Shown: positions 17,651-27,126 of the stretch, in pieces
How the letters are laid out: the number at the start of each line of letters is the position of its first letter
Numbering within the stretch: position 1 is the first letter of the stretch
NCBI GenBank assembly: GCA_030156615.1
Contig: JASGME010000003.1
Location: forward strand, 7,574-71,573
Origin: Candidatus Woesearchaeota archaeon
GTDB taxonomy: Archaea > Nanobdellota > Nanobdellia > Woesearchaeales > UBA119
Direction of reading: 5' to 3'
DNA: 64,000 bases
Position numbers and translations under genes: made by a program
The notes under the pieces: model-generated
The model's database searches: none
Seen by the model: only the letters and a program-made list of their open reading frames with translations
Told to the model about the DNA's origin: nothing

Positions 17651-18610
17651 ATGAAGGTTCTTGTTACTGGTGCAGCAGGATTTATCGGTTTTCATCTTTC
17701 TAAGAGATTATTGGAAATGGACAAAGAGGTTATTGGGGTGGATAACCTAAACAATTATTATAATCCTGTTCTAAAGAGGGAAAGACTGGATATTCTTAAT
17801 GGATATAAGAATTTTCACTTTCTCAAGCAGGATATTGCTGACTTTGAATCGCTTTATTCATCGTTAAAAGATAATCAATTCAATCTTATTGTGCATCTGG
17901 CTGCCCAAGCCGGAGTAAGGTATTCTTTAACAAATCCAATGGAGTATGCTAAAAGCAATTGTATGGGCACTGTTTCTGTCTTTGAACTTGCCAAATGCCT
18001 TAATGTTCCAAAAGTAGTGTATGCCTCATCTTCTTCTGTATATGGCAATAAAAAGAAGGTTCCTTTATCTGAAAAGGATAGAGTTGATCGTCCTGTATCT
18101 CTTTATGCAGCAACCAAGAAATTCTCAGAGTTAGCAGCTTATACATATCACCATATATATGGCATAGAGATGATAGGACTTAGATTCTTTACAGTATATG
18201 GCGAATATGGTAGGCCGGATATGGCTTATTTTAAGTTTGCAAATAGTATAATGAAAGACGAACCAATTGATGTATATAACTACGGAGACTTAAAACGTGA
18301 TTTCACATATATTGATGATATCATAGATGGAATTCTTTCGGCTATTGATCATTCTTTTGAATACGAGATATTTAATCTTGGCAACTCAAATCCAGTAAAG
18401 TTAATGGATTTCATTTCAATATTAGAAGAACATCTGGGCAGGAAAGCCAAAAAGAATTTTAAGGAGATGCAACCCGGTGATGTATATTGTACATATGCAG
18501 ATATTAGCAAAGCTAAAAGATTATTAGGGTATGACCCGAAAACTTCTGTTTATGAAGGATTGAAAAGGTTTGCAGAATGGTTCAAAAACGAAAAGAATTC
18601 TTTAGTATGA
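17651..18610 (+). CDS. NAD-dependent epimerase, UDP-glucuronate 4-epimerase type
   Basis: TGAAGFIG, HLAAQAGVRYS, ASSSSVYG, YAATK, RFFTVYG..GRPDMA. Confidence 0.9.
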   Translation: MKVLVTGAAGFIGFHLSKRLLEMDKEVIGVDNLNNYYNPVLKRERLDILNGYKNFHFLKQDIADFESLYSSLKDNQFNLIVHLAAQAGVRYSLTNPMEYAKSNCMGTVSVFELAKCLNVPKVVYASSSSVYGNKKKVPLSEKDRVDRPVSLYAATKKFSELAAYTYHHIYGIEMIGLRFFTVYGEYGRPDMAYFKFANSIMKDEPIDVYNYGDLKRDFTYIDDIIDGILSAIDHSFEYEIFNLGNSNPVKLMDFISILEEHLGRKAKKNFKEMQPGDVYCTYADISKAKRLLGYDPKTSVYEGLKRFAEWFKNEKNSLV

Positions 18611-19962
18611 TATGGATATGGCTTATTCTTATTTATGCTGCCGTCCTGAGATTTTCTTTTCTGGACTCTCAGCCCTTATGGATTGATGAACAGATTTCTG
18701 CTTCTGTTATGCAATCCATTCTTTCTTCAGGAAAGCCGGTTCTGCCTTCTGGAATCTTCTATGATCGCGCTTTGATTTTTCATTATGCATCTGCTCTTTT
18801 TTCCTTGCCTTTTTCTTTTCTTTATCTATATGCATTTCGAATTTTTAGTGTTGTCATAGGGATTGCTTTCGTCTATTTAATTTTCCTAATTGGCAGGGAG
18901 ATTTCAAACAAATACCTCCCATGGATAATGGCCCTGCTTTCTTGTTTCTTTTCAGTCTTTATCTTATATTCACAGCAATCTCGTTTCTATATCTTCCTTA
19001 TGTTTATGATTGCATTGGAAATTTTGTTTGTGCTTCGCAAAAAGAGGATTCCTGCAACTATTGCCTTTATCATTGCATTGGAAACGCATCCCCAAGCTTT
19101 ATTCTTTGTAATACCCTTGTTTTTCTCATGGCTTGAATGGCTATCCGAAAGACGGCTAAGGTATAAGAGACTTATTATCTCTCTGCTTGTTATTGCAATC
19201 TTGGTGATTGCTTCAATAAGCCTTGCTTCTATTATTGATTCCCTGACTTTTGATTATTTCTGGATCCATCTCTTGTGGGCATTCAACTTCCTGATGGATA
19301 ATATGCGCTATTCTTTATATTTCGCATTAGCAGGGATAGTATTTATATTCTTTAAGGATAGAAGGTTGTTTCTCTATCTTTATCTCCCTTCTCTAGTTAG
19401 TTTTTTCGGGGTTTTGTTGCTTGATAGATTTGAGACAAGGTATCTCTTTATCTTCTTCTTTCCATTGCTTCTATCTTTCGGCTATCTCTTTGACTGGCTA
19501 GCAAGGAAACTTGATGCCCGGATAATCTTGGTAGGCCTAGGACTTTTTGTATTCTTGTCCTCAAATGTTTTCGATCCTCTTGTTGCTCCCTATACGTTGT
19601 ATCCAAAGCCAGTGTACAACCTGGACAGGACAATGCCCAAGATGGATTATGAGAAGTTTTTCTCGGAGATGGAGTTAAAGAATATTACCTTGGTTTCTGG
19701 ATGGGCTCTTGGCCCTTATCTATATAATCATGAACCTGACTATTCAATTCCTTTCTCAATGACAGGCCATGCCTCTGATTCTACATTTCAGAATGGAAGT
19801 GAGAGATATATTGGTGTTCCTGCTTTTCCTCAGGAATTTGATGGAGAATATTATCTCTTGCTGGACAGATATGCTATGTCAAAGCTCCGCCAAAATCCTG
19901 TTGAAGAGAATTGTTCGTTAGAGTATGATTCCTCAGGGCTTATGCTTTTTTACTGCTCCTGA
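18607..19962 (+). CDS. GT-C fold (PMT-like) membrane glycosyltransferase
   Basis: LWIDE motif after first TM, SQQSRFY, many TM helices; ATGA coupling with epimerase. Confidence 0.75.
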   Translation: MIWIWLILIYAAVLRFSFLDSQPLWIDEQISASVMQSILSSGKPVLPSGIFYDRALIFHYASALFSLPFSFLYLYAFRIFSVVIGIAFVYLIFLIGREISNKYLPWIMALLSCFFSVFILYSQQSRFYIFLMFMIALEILFVLRKKRIPATIAFIIALETHPQALFFVIPLFFSWLEWLSERRLRYKRLIISLLVIAILVIASISLASIIDSLTFDYFWIHLLWAFNFLMDNMRYSLYFALAGIVFIFFKDRRLFLYLYLPSLVSFFGVLLLDRFETRYLFIFFFPLLLSFGYLFDWLARKLDARIILVGLGLFVFLSSNVFDPLVAPYTLYPKPVYNLDRTMPKMDYEKFFSEMELKNITLVSGWALGPYLYNHEPDYSIPFSMTGHASDSTFQNGSERYIGVPAFPQEFDGEYYLLLDRYAMSKLRQNPVEENCSLEYDSSGLMLFYCS

Positions 19963-20875
19963 TACTTTTTATTCTGTACCTTGGTTGTAACTTTGATGTA
20001 TTATGATATGTTCTTATAAGAATGTCCAATATGATGCCTGAAGAGAAGAGTATTATGCCTGTTATTATCAAGAAGAAACCAACCACGAAGAAACCTGAAT
20101 TAGTGAGATCTACGCTATGAAATATCTTGCTCCACAAAGAATAGCCTAATGCCAGTACTCCTAATAAAAAGCTTCCCAGGCCTAAAGCTCCAAAGAGATG
20201 CAGAGGTCTTTGAAGATACTTTTCTATAAACCAGATGTATATGAGATCAATAAATCCTTTTATGGATTTTTTCCAGTTGTATTTGCTCCTGCCAGATGTT
20301 CTAGCCCTGTGATTGACCTTTATCTCTGCTATCCTTGCTCCCCTTATCTTTAACAATGCTACTATATATCTGTGCATCTCTCCCCAAAGCTCAAGGTTTT
20401 CAACAAACTCCCTTCTATAAACCCTTAAGGTGCATCCAGAGTCATGTACCCCGTCTTTAATGAGTTTATTCCTCAATATCCTAGCAGACCTGCTTATGAA
20501 CCTCATCCATAAAGGATCCTTTCTCTTATATCGCCAACCTGCAACAACATCATAGCCTTGATTTAGCTTGTTTAATAATCTCGGGATATCTTTGGGGTCG
20601 TTTTGCAAATCCCCGTCCATGGTTATGATTATATTCCCCTTAGCATACCTGAAGCCAGCATCCAAGGCAACTGATTGACCATAATTCTTCTGCAGTTCTA
20701 TTAATGTAGCGTCTGTCTTGAGTATTTCTTCCTTTGTCCTGTCTTTAGAGCCATCATCTACGAAGATTATCTCATATTTCCCTTTTAAAGAATCCATAAC
20801 CTCTTTAATCTGCTCATACAAAGGCCTTATGTTTCTTTCCTCGTCAAAGACAGGGATTATAACTGAATACTTCAT
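19940..20875 (-). CDS. GT2 polyprenol/dolichol-phosphate glycosyltransferase (ArnC/DPM1-like)
   Basis: VIIPVFDEE, VDDGSKD, NYGQS, MDGDLQNDP, DSGC, GEMHRYI, two C-terminal TMs. Confidence 0.92.
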   Translation of the reverse strand: MKYSVIIPVFDEERNIRPLYEQIKEVMDSLKGKYEIIFVDDGSKDRTKEEILKTDATLIELQKNYGQSVALDAGFRYAKGNIIITMDGDLQNDPKDIPRLLNKLNQGYDVVAGWRYKRKDPLWMRFISRSARILRNKLIKDGVHDSGCTLRVYRREFVENLELWGEMHRYIVALLKIRGARIAEIKVNHRARTSGRSKYNWKKSIKGFIDLIYIWFIEKYLQRPLHLFGALGLGSFLLGVLALGYSLWSKIFHSVDLTNSGFFVVGFFLIITGIILFSSGIILDILIRTYHNTSKLQPRYRIKSIRSSKKA

Positions 20876-20929
20876 GCATCTCCCGCACTAAACGAATTAT
20901 TTAAATATTTCCACTTTTGAATATCGCTA

Positions 20930-22042
20930 ATGAGAATCTTAATGCTCAATTATGAGTTCCCGCCCCTTGGAGGGGGTGCCAGTCCTGTATCTTATGAGAT
21001 TGCTAAGGGATATGTTAGATTAGGTCATAGAGTAACGGTAGTAACAATGGGCTATAGAGGTTTGCCTAAACACGAGGTTAAGGATGGAATTGAGATTTAC
21101 AGGGTTCCTTGTTTAAGAAGTAAGAAAGAGATATGCCATCCTTGGGAACAATTAACCTATAACATATCTGCTAAACGATTCTTAAGGAAGCATCTGAAGC
21201 ACAATCATTATGACATCAACCACACACATTTTATAATTCCTACAGGAATAGTATCTTTATGGGTCAAGAAAAAGTTTGGAATCCCTTATATTATTACGAG
21301 CCATGGCAGTGATGTGCCCGGATATAATAAAGATAGGTTTAAATTCTTACACAAGTTCACAAAACCTATTTTAAATGTAGTTTGTAGAGATGCATTGATA
21401 GTTACTGTTCCATCCAATTCCTTAAGAAATTTAATTCTGAAAAATATTAATCCTGATTTAAAGAAGAAAACAATTGTTCTTCCAAATGGCTCTTCAGATT
21501 TTTATATGAAGGGAATAAAAAAAGAGAACATTATTGTTTCAAGTGGAAGGATGCATGTGGGTAAGGGTTTTCAATATATTATAAGAGCATTTAATGAATT
21601 AAATCCAGAAAGTTGGAAGTTGTTTCTCTTGGGAGACGGTCCTTATAAAAAAGAGTTAGTTAAGAACGCAAAAGGCAACCCCAACATAATTTTTACCGGA
21701 TGGATAAATAATAATACAAAAAGGTATAGGAGTATTCTTAATAAAGCAAAAATCTTTGTATTGTTGTCCGAGTTTGAAAGTCAAGGGATTGTTTATTTGG
21801 AAGCAATGAGTGCTGGATGTGCTATTCTGGCGTCAAACATTTCTGCATGTAAAGAAACAGTAAGCCCTAATGTTGGCTATTTAGTTAATAGAAAAAACAT
21901 CGCAGAGATTAAGAAGAAATTAAAAGAGTTGATGTATGATGATGTTAGATTAAATCAAATGATGAGCAAAGCAAGAAAAAGATATGAAGATAACTACAAA
22001 TGGGATAAAATCATTAAAAAGTATGAGGCTTTATTAAGATGA
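20930..22042 (+). CDS. GT4 family glycosyltransferase
   Basis: EFPPLGGGA, HTHF, SHGSD, FESQGIVYLEAMSAG (Ex7E). Confidence 0.92.
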   Translation: MRILMLNYEFPPLGGGASPVSYEIAKGYVRLGHRVTVVTMGYRGLPKHEVKDGIEIYRVPCLRSKKEICHPWEQLTYNISAKRFLRKHLKHNHYDINHTHFIIPTGIVSLWVKKKFGIPYIITSHGSDVPGYNKDRFKFLHKFTKPILNVVCRDALIVTVPSNSLRNLILKNINPDLKKKTIVLPNGSSDFYMKGIKKENIIVSSGRMHVGKGFQYIIRAFNELNPESWKLFLLGDGPYKKELVKNAKGNPNIIFTGWINNNTKRYRSILNKAKIFVLLSEFESQGIVYLEAMSAGCAILASNISACKETVSPNVGYLVNRKNIAEIKKKLKELMYDDVRLNQMMSKARKRYEDNYKWDKIIKKYEALLR

Positions 22043-22230
22043 AAATTTGTTTCATTGATCAAAAGTCTTATCCTTTATTTAATCCATCTGTGAAAAGTAT
22101 CTTTGAATGATCTAATGTTCAGCTAAGGCTTATAGCAAGATAAATAGTTAAGATTAACAAACAGAATTATGATATTAAAAGGTTTGAAATAGATAAGATT
22201 GCTAAGGCTTATATTGAGGTGTTGGAATGA
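22039..22230 (+). pseudogene. Internally deleted GT4 remnant with two in-frame stops
   Basis: MKICFIDQKSYPLFNPSVKSIFE*SNVQLRLIAR*...FEIDKIAKAYIEVLE*: GT4-like N-terminus joined to GT4-like C-terminus; ATGA overlaps at both ends. Confidence 0.6.
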
Positions 22231-22439
22231 AAAAATATCTTGAATATCCATTAAACGAAGGCATACAGAAGGAATTAGAAAAGTATTATGAAAACACAAA
22301 GTTAAAACAACATTCTGGTCAAGATAAAAAATCTAACCTGTTCTCCAGAAACATATGTCTGAAATACCTTTTCAAACCCATAGAACATAGCTTCCCATAC
22401 TGCCTTCTAATTGCTCCTTTCATTGAATGGCACTTTTAG
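22227..22439 (+). pseudogene. Short ORF, probably a truncated gene fragment
   Basis: 70 aa, ATGA-coupled to the GT4 remnant, no recognisable complete domain. Confidence 0.3.
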
Positions 22440-22446
22440 AAATTAT

Positions 22447-22962
22447 CTATTTAAATTTTCCTAAAGCTCGGTCCTTCTCAGAGACAATTGGATTATCTAC
22501 CATCCAATCTATTCCAAGCTTAGAATCATTCCAAACAATGCCTCCCTCACTTTCTTTATTGTAGAAATTGTCTGTTTTATATAGGACTATGGCTTCATCG
22601 GAAAGCACTGAAAAACCATGTGCAAAACCTCTGGGTATGAACAATTGCTTAAAATTATCCTCAGATAATATCTCCGAGACATATTTGCCATATGTTGGAG
22701 AATCTTTCCTTATGTCTACAGCGACATCTAGAATCTTTCCCCTTAAGGCTCTAACAAGCTTTGCCTGTTCATAAGGCGGTCTTTGGTAATGTAGCCCTCT
22801 AATTACATTCTTTACAGAATAAGATTGGTTATCCTGCACAAAATCAGGCAACTCTGGAAGCTTGCTTTTATTATAACTTTCAAAGAAATAACCTCGTTCA
22901 TCTCTATAAACGTCAGGGATTATGACCAACACATCATTTATTGATTTTCTTTCAATTTTCAT
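22447..22962 (-). CDS. rfbC: dTDP-4-dehydrorhamnose 3,5-epimerase
   Basis: DERGYFFESY, QDNQSYS, RGLHYQ, DVAVDIRKDSPTYG, GFAHGF, YKTDNFY. Confidence 0.96.
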   Translation of the reverse strand: MKIERKSINDVLVIIPDVYRDERGYFFESYNKSKLPELPDFVQDNQSYSVKNVIRGLHYQRPPYEQAKLVRALRGKILDVAVDIRKDSPTYGKYVSEILSEDNFKQLFIPRGFAHGFSVLSDEAIVLYKTDNFYNKESEGGIVWNDSKLGIDWMVDNPIVSEKDRALGKFK

Positions 22963-23665
22963 TTTTTTCCTCCTTTATCTTTTTCCAGGTACTTGCATTA
23001 TACAAACTCTCAAATGTTCCAGCATCGCTCCAAAAGCCTTTTACATAACTAAAGTCCATTCTACCGTCTCTGATATACTTATTATTTACATCTGTAATTT
23101 CCAATTCTCCTCTATGAGAAGGCTTAAGCGTGGAAATATAATCATAAACCTTGTTATCATAAAGATAAAGACCTGTTACTGCAAGGTTGGTTTTTGGTTT
23201 TGCAGGCTTTTCTTCTATTGAAACTATTTTTCCATTTTTAATCTCGGCAACACCAAACCTTTTGGGGGTTGAGACCTCTTTCAGGAATATTCTTGCTCCC
23301 CCTTTAAAATCGCTAATATCGAAGGAATCCTCATAGATATTATCTCCCAAGATTACTGCAATATTTTCTCTATCCGAAAAATCCTCTGTAAGGGATAATG
23401 CCTGGGCAATTCCTCCTGCTTCTTCCTGTATTGTATAATTGAGGGTTACTCCAAAGTTCTTGCCAGATCCAAGCAGTTCTAAGAAGTCTCCAGCATGTCC
23501 CCTTCCAGAAACAATCATGATCTCTTTTATTCCCATACTTATCAGTGTATGTAATGGATAGTATATCATTGGTTCATCATATATTGGCAAAAGGTGTTTA
23601 TTTGTAACCTTTGTTAGAGGATACAACCTAGACCCTGTTCCTCCTGCTAAAATTATTCCCTTCAT
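22952..23665 (-). CDS. rfbA: Glucose-1-phosphate thymidylyltransferase (short form)
   Basis: GIILAGGTGSRLYPLT, KHLLPIY, LGDNIY, EEKP, RGELEITD, WSDAGT. Confidence 0.95.
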   Translation of the reverse strand: MKGIILAGGTGSRLYPLTKVTNKHLLPIYDEPMIYYPLHTLISMGIKEIMIVSGRGHAGDFLELLGSGKNFGVTLNYTIQEEAGGIAQALSLTEDFSDRENIAVILGDNIYEDSFDISDFKGGARIFLKEVSTPKRFGVAEIKNGKIVSIEEKPAKPKTNLAVTGLYLYDNKVYDYISTLKPSHRGELEITDVNNKYIRDGRMDFSYVKGFWSDAGTFESLYNASTWKKIKEEKNEN

Positions 23666-23667
23666 TT

Positions 23668-24459
23668 TTACCTCCCAAGAAAATCATCTACTGCTTCTTT
23701 CCAATCCCTCAAATTACTTGTTCTGTTATTATTCAGGGCTGAATAGGCAGGCCTCTTCGCTTTTGTCTTGAATTCATAACTGTCACATGGCACGACATTA
23801 ACTTCTTTGTCTTTTAAGATATATTTTGCAAACTCATACCATGATGTAAGTCCTGAATTAGTAATATGAAAAATACCTTTCTCATCATATAGCTCCTTGG
23901 TTTTAATTGCCAGATCCTTCGTATATGTTGGATGGCCTACTTGATCTCTCACAACTTTGATTGTTTTCATCTTATTAGCTAAATCCAACATAGTTGTAAC
24001 GAAATTCCTTCCATGTTCCCCAAATAGCCAAGAGGTTCTAATAATAATATAATCCTCAAGTATTTCTTTGATGTAATCTTCTCCAATGGATTTAGACAGC
24101 CCATAGGTATTTAGGGGATTTTTCTCGTCATCTTCATCATAACCTTCTTCTTTGCTACCATCAAAAACATAATCAGTGCTATAATGAATTAGTTTGCAAC
24201 TGTTCTTAGCGCAAAAATCTGCAAGGTTCTTTACCCCTACATAATTTACTCTAAAGCATTTTTCTTTTTCGTCTTCAGCATCATCTACCTTGGTATAGGC
24301 ACTGGCATTAACTATGAGCTGAGGATTATATCTCTCAAGTTTAGACACATCTTCATATTTTGTCACATCTATCTCTGAATGACCAAACATATAATCAAAA
24401 TCAAAGATCCTTTTTAATTGATAAGCCAGCATCCCGTTTGCGCCAATAAGTATTTTCAT
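23668..24459 (-). CDS. rfbD: dTDP-4-dehydrorhamnose reductase
   Basis: GANGMLA, AYTKVDDAE, STDYVFDG, YGLSK, DQVGHPT, AKRPAYS. Confidence 0.94.
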   Translation of the reverse strand: MKILIGANGMLAYQLKRIFDFDYMFGHSEIDVTKYEDVSKLERYNPQLIVNASAYTKVDDAEDEKEKCFRVNYVGVKNLADFCAKNSCKLIHYSTDYVFDGSKEEGYDEDDEKNPLNTYGLSKSIGEDYIKEILEDYIIIRTSWLFGEHGRNFVTTMLDLANKMKTIKVVRDQVGHPTYTKDLAIKTKELYDEKGIFHITNSGLTSWYEFAKYILKDKEVNVVPCDSYEFKTKAKRPAYSALNNNRTSNLRDWKEAVDDFLGR

Positions 24460-25415
24460 TTGTTATCCCCTTGATGTTTCTTCTTATAGTATTCAATAGT
24501 TTCTTTTAATCCTGTTTCAAAGTCATATTCTGGTTCAAAGCCCAAAGACCTTAGCTTTGAATCATTAATCGCATATCTTAAATCATGGCCAGGCCTATCT
24601 TTTATAAACTCAATCCTGTTCTGCGATACTTTCATCAGTCTGACAATCATCCGTGCAATCTCTATGTTGCTTTTCTCGTTTCTTCCAGATATACAATATG
24701 TTTCTCCAATTTTGCCTTTATGAAGTATCAAATCAATTGCTCTACAATGGTCCTGAACATGAATCCAATCCCGTATATTCTCTCCTTTACCATATATTAA
24801 GATATTCTCGCCTTTAAGAATATTAGTTATAGATTTTGGAATCAGTTTCTCCTCGTGCTGCAAAGGTCCATAGTTGTTTCCGCAGTTGCTTATGGTTGCT
24901 TTTATTCCAAATGTGTTGATGTAAGACCTAACTAAATGATCACTTGCAGCCTTTGAGGCGGAATAAGGAGATTTAGGGTCATAACAAGATGTCTCATCAA
25001 AAGGCTTATCGAAAAAGCCAAGAGAACCGAAGACCTCATCAGTAGAAATGTGATGGAACCTAAGGTTATGCCTTTTGACGATATTGAGAATACTCATTGT
25101 TCCCAGCACATTGGTTTCCACAAAAACATTTGGGTTTTTGATAGAATTGTCTACATGACTTTCCGCTGCAAAATGTATTATTGTGCCAATCTTGTTCTTG
25201 TTTACAACATAATCCAGAAACTCAAAGTTATTAATATCTCCTTTGATGAAATGATACTCTTTTTTTCCTTCAAACTCTTTAAGATTGTCTGGATTTGCTG
25301 CGTATGTTACTTTATCATAATTAAAAATCTCTACATCTTTATATTTCCTAAACATATATTTTATAAAGTTTGATCCGATAAAACCAAGTCCCCCAGTAAC
25401 CAAAATTTTTTCCAT
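24456..25415 (-). CDS. rfbB: dTDP-glucose 4,6-dehydratase
   Basis: TGGLGFIGSNF, HFAAESHVDNSI, STDEVFG, YSASKAASD, DRPGHDLRYA. Confidence 0.96.
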   Translation of the reverse strand: MEKILVTGGLGFIGSNFIKYMFRKYKDVEIFNYDKVTYAANPDNLKEFEGKKEYHFIKGDINNFEFLDYVVNKNKIGTIIHFAAESHVDNSIKNPNVFVETNVLGTMSILNIVKRHNLRFHHISTDEVFGSLGFFDKPFDETSCYDPKSPYSASKAASDHLVRSYINTFGIKATISNCGNNYGPLQHEEKLIPKSITNILKGENILIYGKGENIRDWIHVQDHCRAIDLILHKGKIGETYCISGRNEKSNIEIARMIVRLMKVSQNRIEFIKDRPGHDLRYAINDSKLRSLGFEPEYDFETGLKETIEYYKKKHQGDNK

Positions 25416-25428
25416 TTTTTAAGAACGG

Positions 25429-25482
25429 ATAACAAATTATTTAAATATCTTGTTATTACTTGAGTAATATATGGGTATTACT
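25429..25482. promoter_or_regulatory. Divergent promoter with palindromic operator
   Basis: Central TTTAAA flanked by ATAACAA/TTGTTAT; TATTACT-TG-AGTAATA at 25454-25469; third TATTACT half-site at 25476-25482. Confidence 0.55.
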
Positions 25483-26247
25483 AACAAAGAAAGGATATCT
25501 TTGACTATTGATAAGAATCTCCTGAAACAGATTGATAATTCAAAAAAGGATTTTTCTAGATCTGGCTTTGTAGAGAAAATATTGAAAGAGAGATTTTCGG
25601 ATAAGAAAGTAGCTGTTATTCTTGCAGGGGGACCGCCCGAAGCATTATACACAAAGGACAAACTGTTAAAGCCATTATACCCTGTAAAGAAAAACAAGAC
25701 ATTGATTGAATTTCAAATAGAAAAGCTAAAAGAAGCAGGTTTTAATGAAATACTTTTCATATCTAAGAAGGAAATCATAGCTGAAATCTTCAAAAAAATA
25801 GGTGAAAAAGACCTTAAGTATATTGAAGAAAAAGATAGTCTGGGAACGGCTCAGACCCTTTCTCTGGCAAGAAATGAAATTGAAAGCGATTTTCTTTTTC
25901 TGCCTTGCGATCATTATTTTGAATTTGACATTAAAAAGTTGGAGAATGTGCACAAAAATAGTAATGCTACCACTACTTTAGCAGTTTATTATGGCAAAAA
26001 ACATGAATGGCATAAATCTTCTTTGATAGAAATTGAAGGAAATAAGATAATCAATTATGATGAAACTGCAAAATCCGATTCTAATCTGACATCGGTTTTT
26101 ATAGGTTTCTCCAAGCCAAAAATCTTTGAATATATTCCTTCCTCAAAAGTAGAATATAGCCTTCAGAAAGATGTTTTTCCTGTGTTAGCTAAGGAAAGAG
26201 AGCTGAATGCTTTCCTGTTTAATTCCGATTGGCTCAATTTAGAGTAG
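25471..26247 (+). CDS. Ribbon-helix-helix domain fused to a degenerate sugar-phosphate nucleotidyltransferase domain
   Basis: ERISLTIDKNLLKQID...SRSGFVEKIL (RHH) then VAVILAGG, K.L.PV, LGTA, FLFLPCD; the usual GxGTRL is replaced by GGPPEAL. Confidence 0.8.
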   Translation: MGITNKERISLTIDKNLLKQIDNSKKDFSRSGFVEKILKERFSDKKVAVILAGGPPEALYTKDKLLKPLYPVKKNKTLIEFQIEKLKEAGFNEILFISKKEIIAEIFKKIGEKDLKYIEEKDSLGTAQTLSLARNEIESDFLFLPCDHYFEFDIKKLENVHKNSNATTTLAVYYGKKHEWHKSSLIEIEGNKIINYDETAKSDSNLTSVFIGFSKPKIFEYIPSSKVEYSLQKDVFPVLAKERELNAFLFNSDWLNLE

Positions 26248-26451
26248 AATCTGATTTGTCCGAAAAATAGTAAAAGGCATATTAGTTTACATCCTAGCAA
26301 CAAAAATGGAGAATCAAAAATCTTTCCATAATAGGAGCAAAACCAAATTACTAAGTTAATTATCATTAGGATGATTTATTATTCCGGGCATACCAGATAA
26401 GAACGATAAAGATTTAAACATTGAAATTTGGTTGGTTTTACTAAAGAGAGA

Positions 26452-27126
26452 ATGATTTATTTAATTGAAAATAAGGAACACAGAAACATCCAATCTTCTT
26501 TGGAATATTTTTTAAAATTTAATATTCCAAAAAATGCAAAAATTCTCGATGTCGGATGCAATTGTGGGAGTTTAATTTATAATATTTATAGAAAAGGTTA
26601 CAAAAATGTTCAAGGAATAGATATAAACAAAGAAGCGATAAAAATAGGAAAAAGAGAATATAAGCTTCTAGAAAAAAAATTAAAAATATATGATGGTTAC
26701 AAAATTCCTTTCAAAAATGAATCTTTTGATGTTGTTTTAATGTTTGATGTTATTGAACATATACCAAGTGTTGAGAGATTTATTAAAGAAGAAGTTTACA
26801 GAATTCTCAGGAAGGGAGGGCTTTTTATTTTTCAGACACCGAACAAGCCAATGAATATTATATTCGTTTATATTGATAATAATTTCAATCCTTTTGTAAA
26901 GTGGTGGGAAGAACATTGTTCTTTACAAACTTATTGGAGTTTAAAAAAATTATTAATGAAATCCGGTTTTAAAGAGATTAAAATAGAAAAATATAACATT
27001 TTAACAGATTACAACAAAGAGAAAGTTAAAAAGGTAGCAGGAAGAGTTGGATTGGTTCTGCTTAATATTTCTTCTAAGCTTCCTATAAGGCTTTCTACGA
27101 ATTTATGGGGCTTTGCAAAAAAATGA
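26452..27126 (+). CDS. Class I SAM-dependent methyltransferase
   Basis: ILDVGCNCG, GIDIN, FDVVLMFDVIEH, RILRKGG, QTPN. Confidence 0.9.
   Translation: MIYLIENKEHRNIQSSLEYFLKFNIPKNAKILDVGCNCGSLIYNIYRKGYKNVQGIDINKEAIKIGKREYKLLEKKLKIYDGYKIPFKNESFDVVLMFDVIEHIPSVERFIKEEVYRILRKGGLFIFQTPNKPMNIIFVYIDNNFNPFVKWWEEHCSLQTYWSLKKLLMKSGFKEIKIEKYNILTDYNKEKVKKVAGRVGLVLLNISSKLPIRLSTNLWGFAKK

Noticed and set aside
22108-22110. Selenocysteine or recoded TGA in the GT4 remnant
   Set aside because: A second in-frame TAA follows and most of the gene is deleted; all other genes use the standard code
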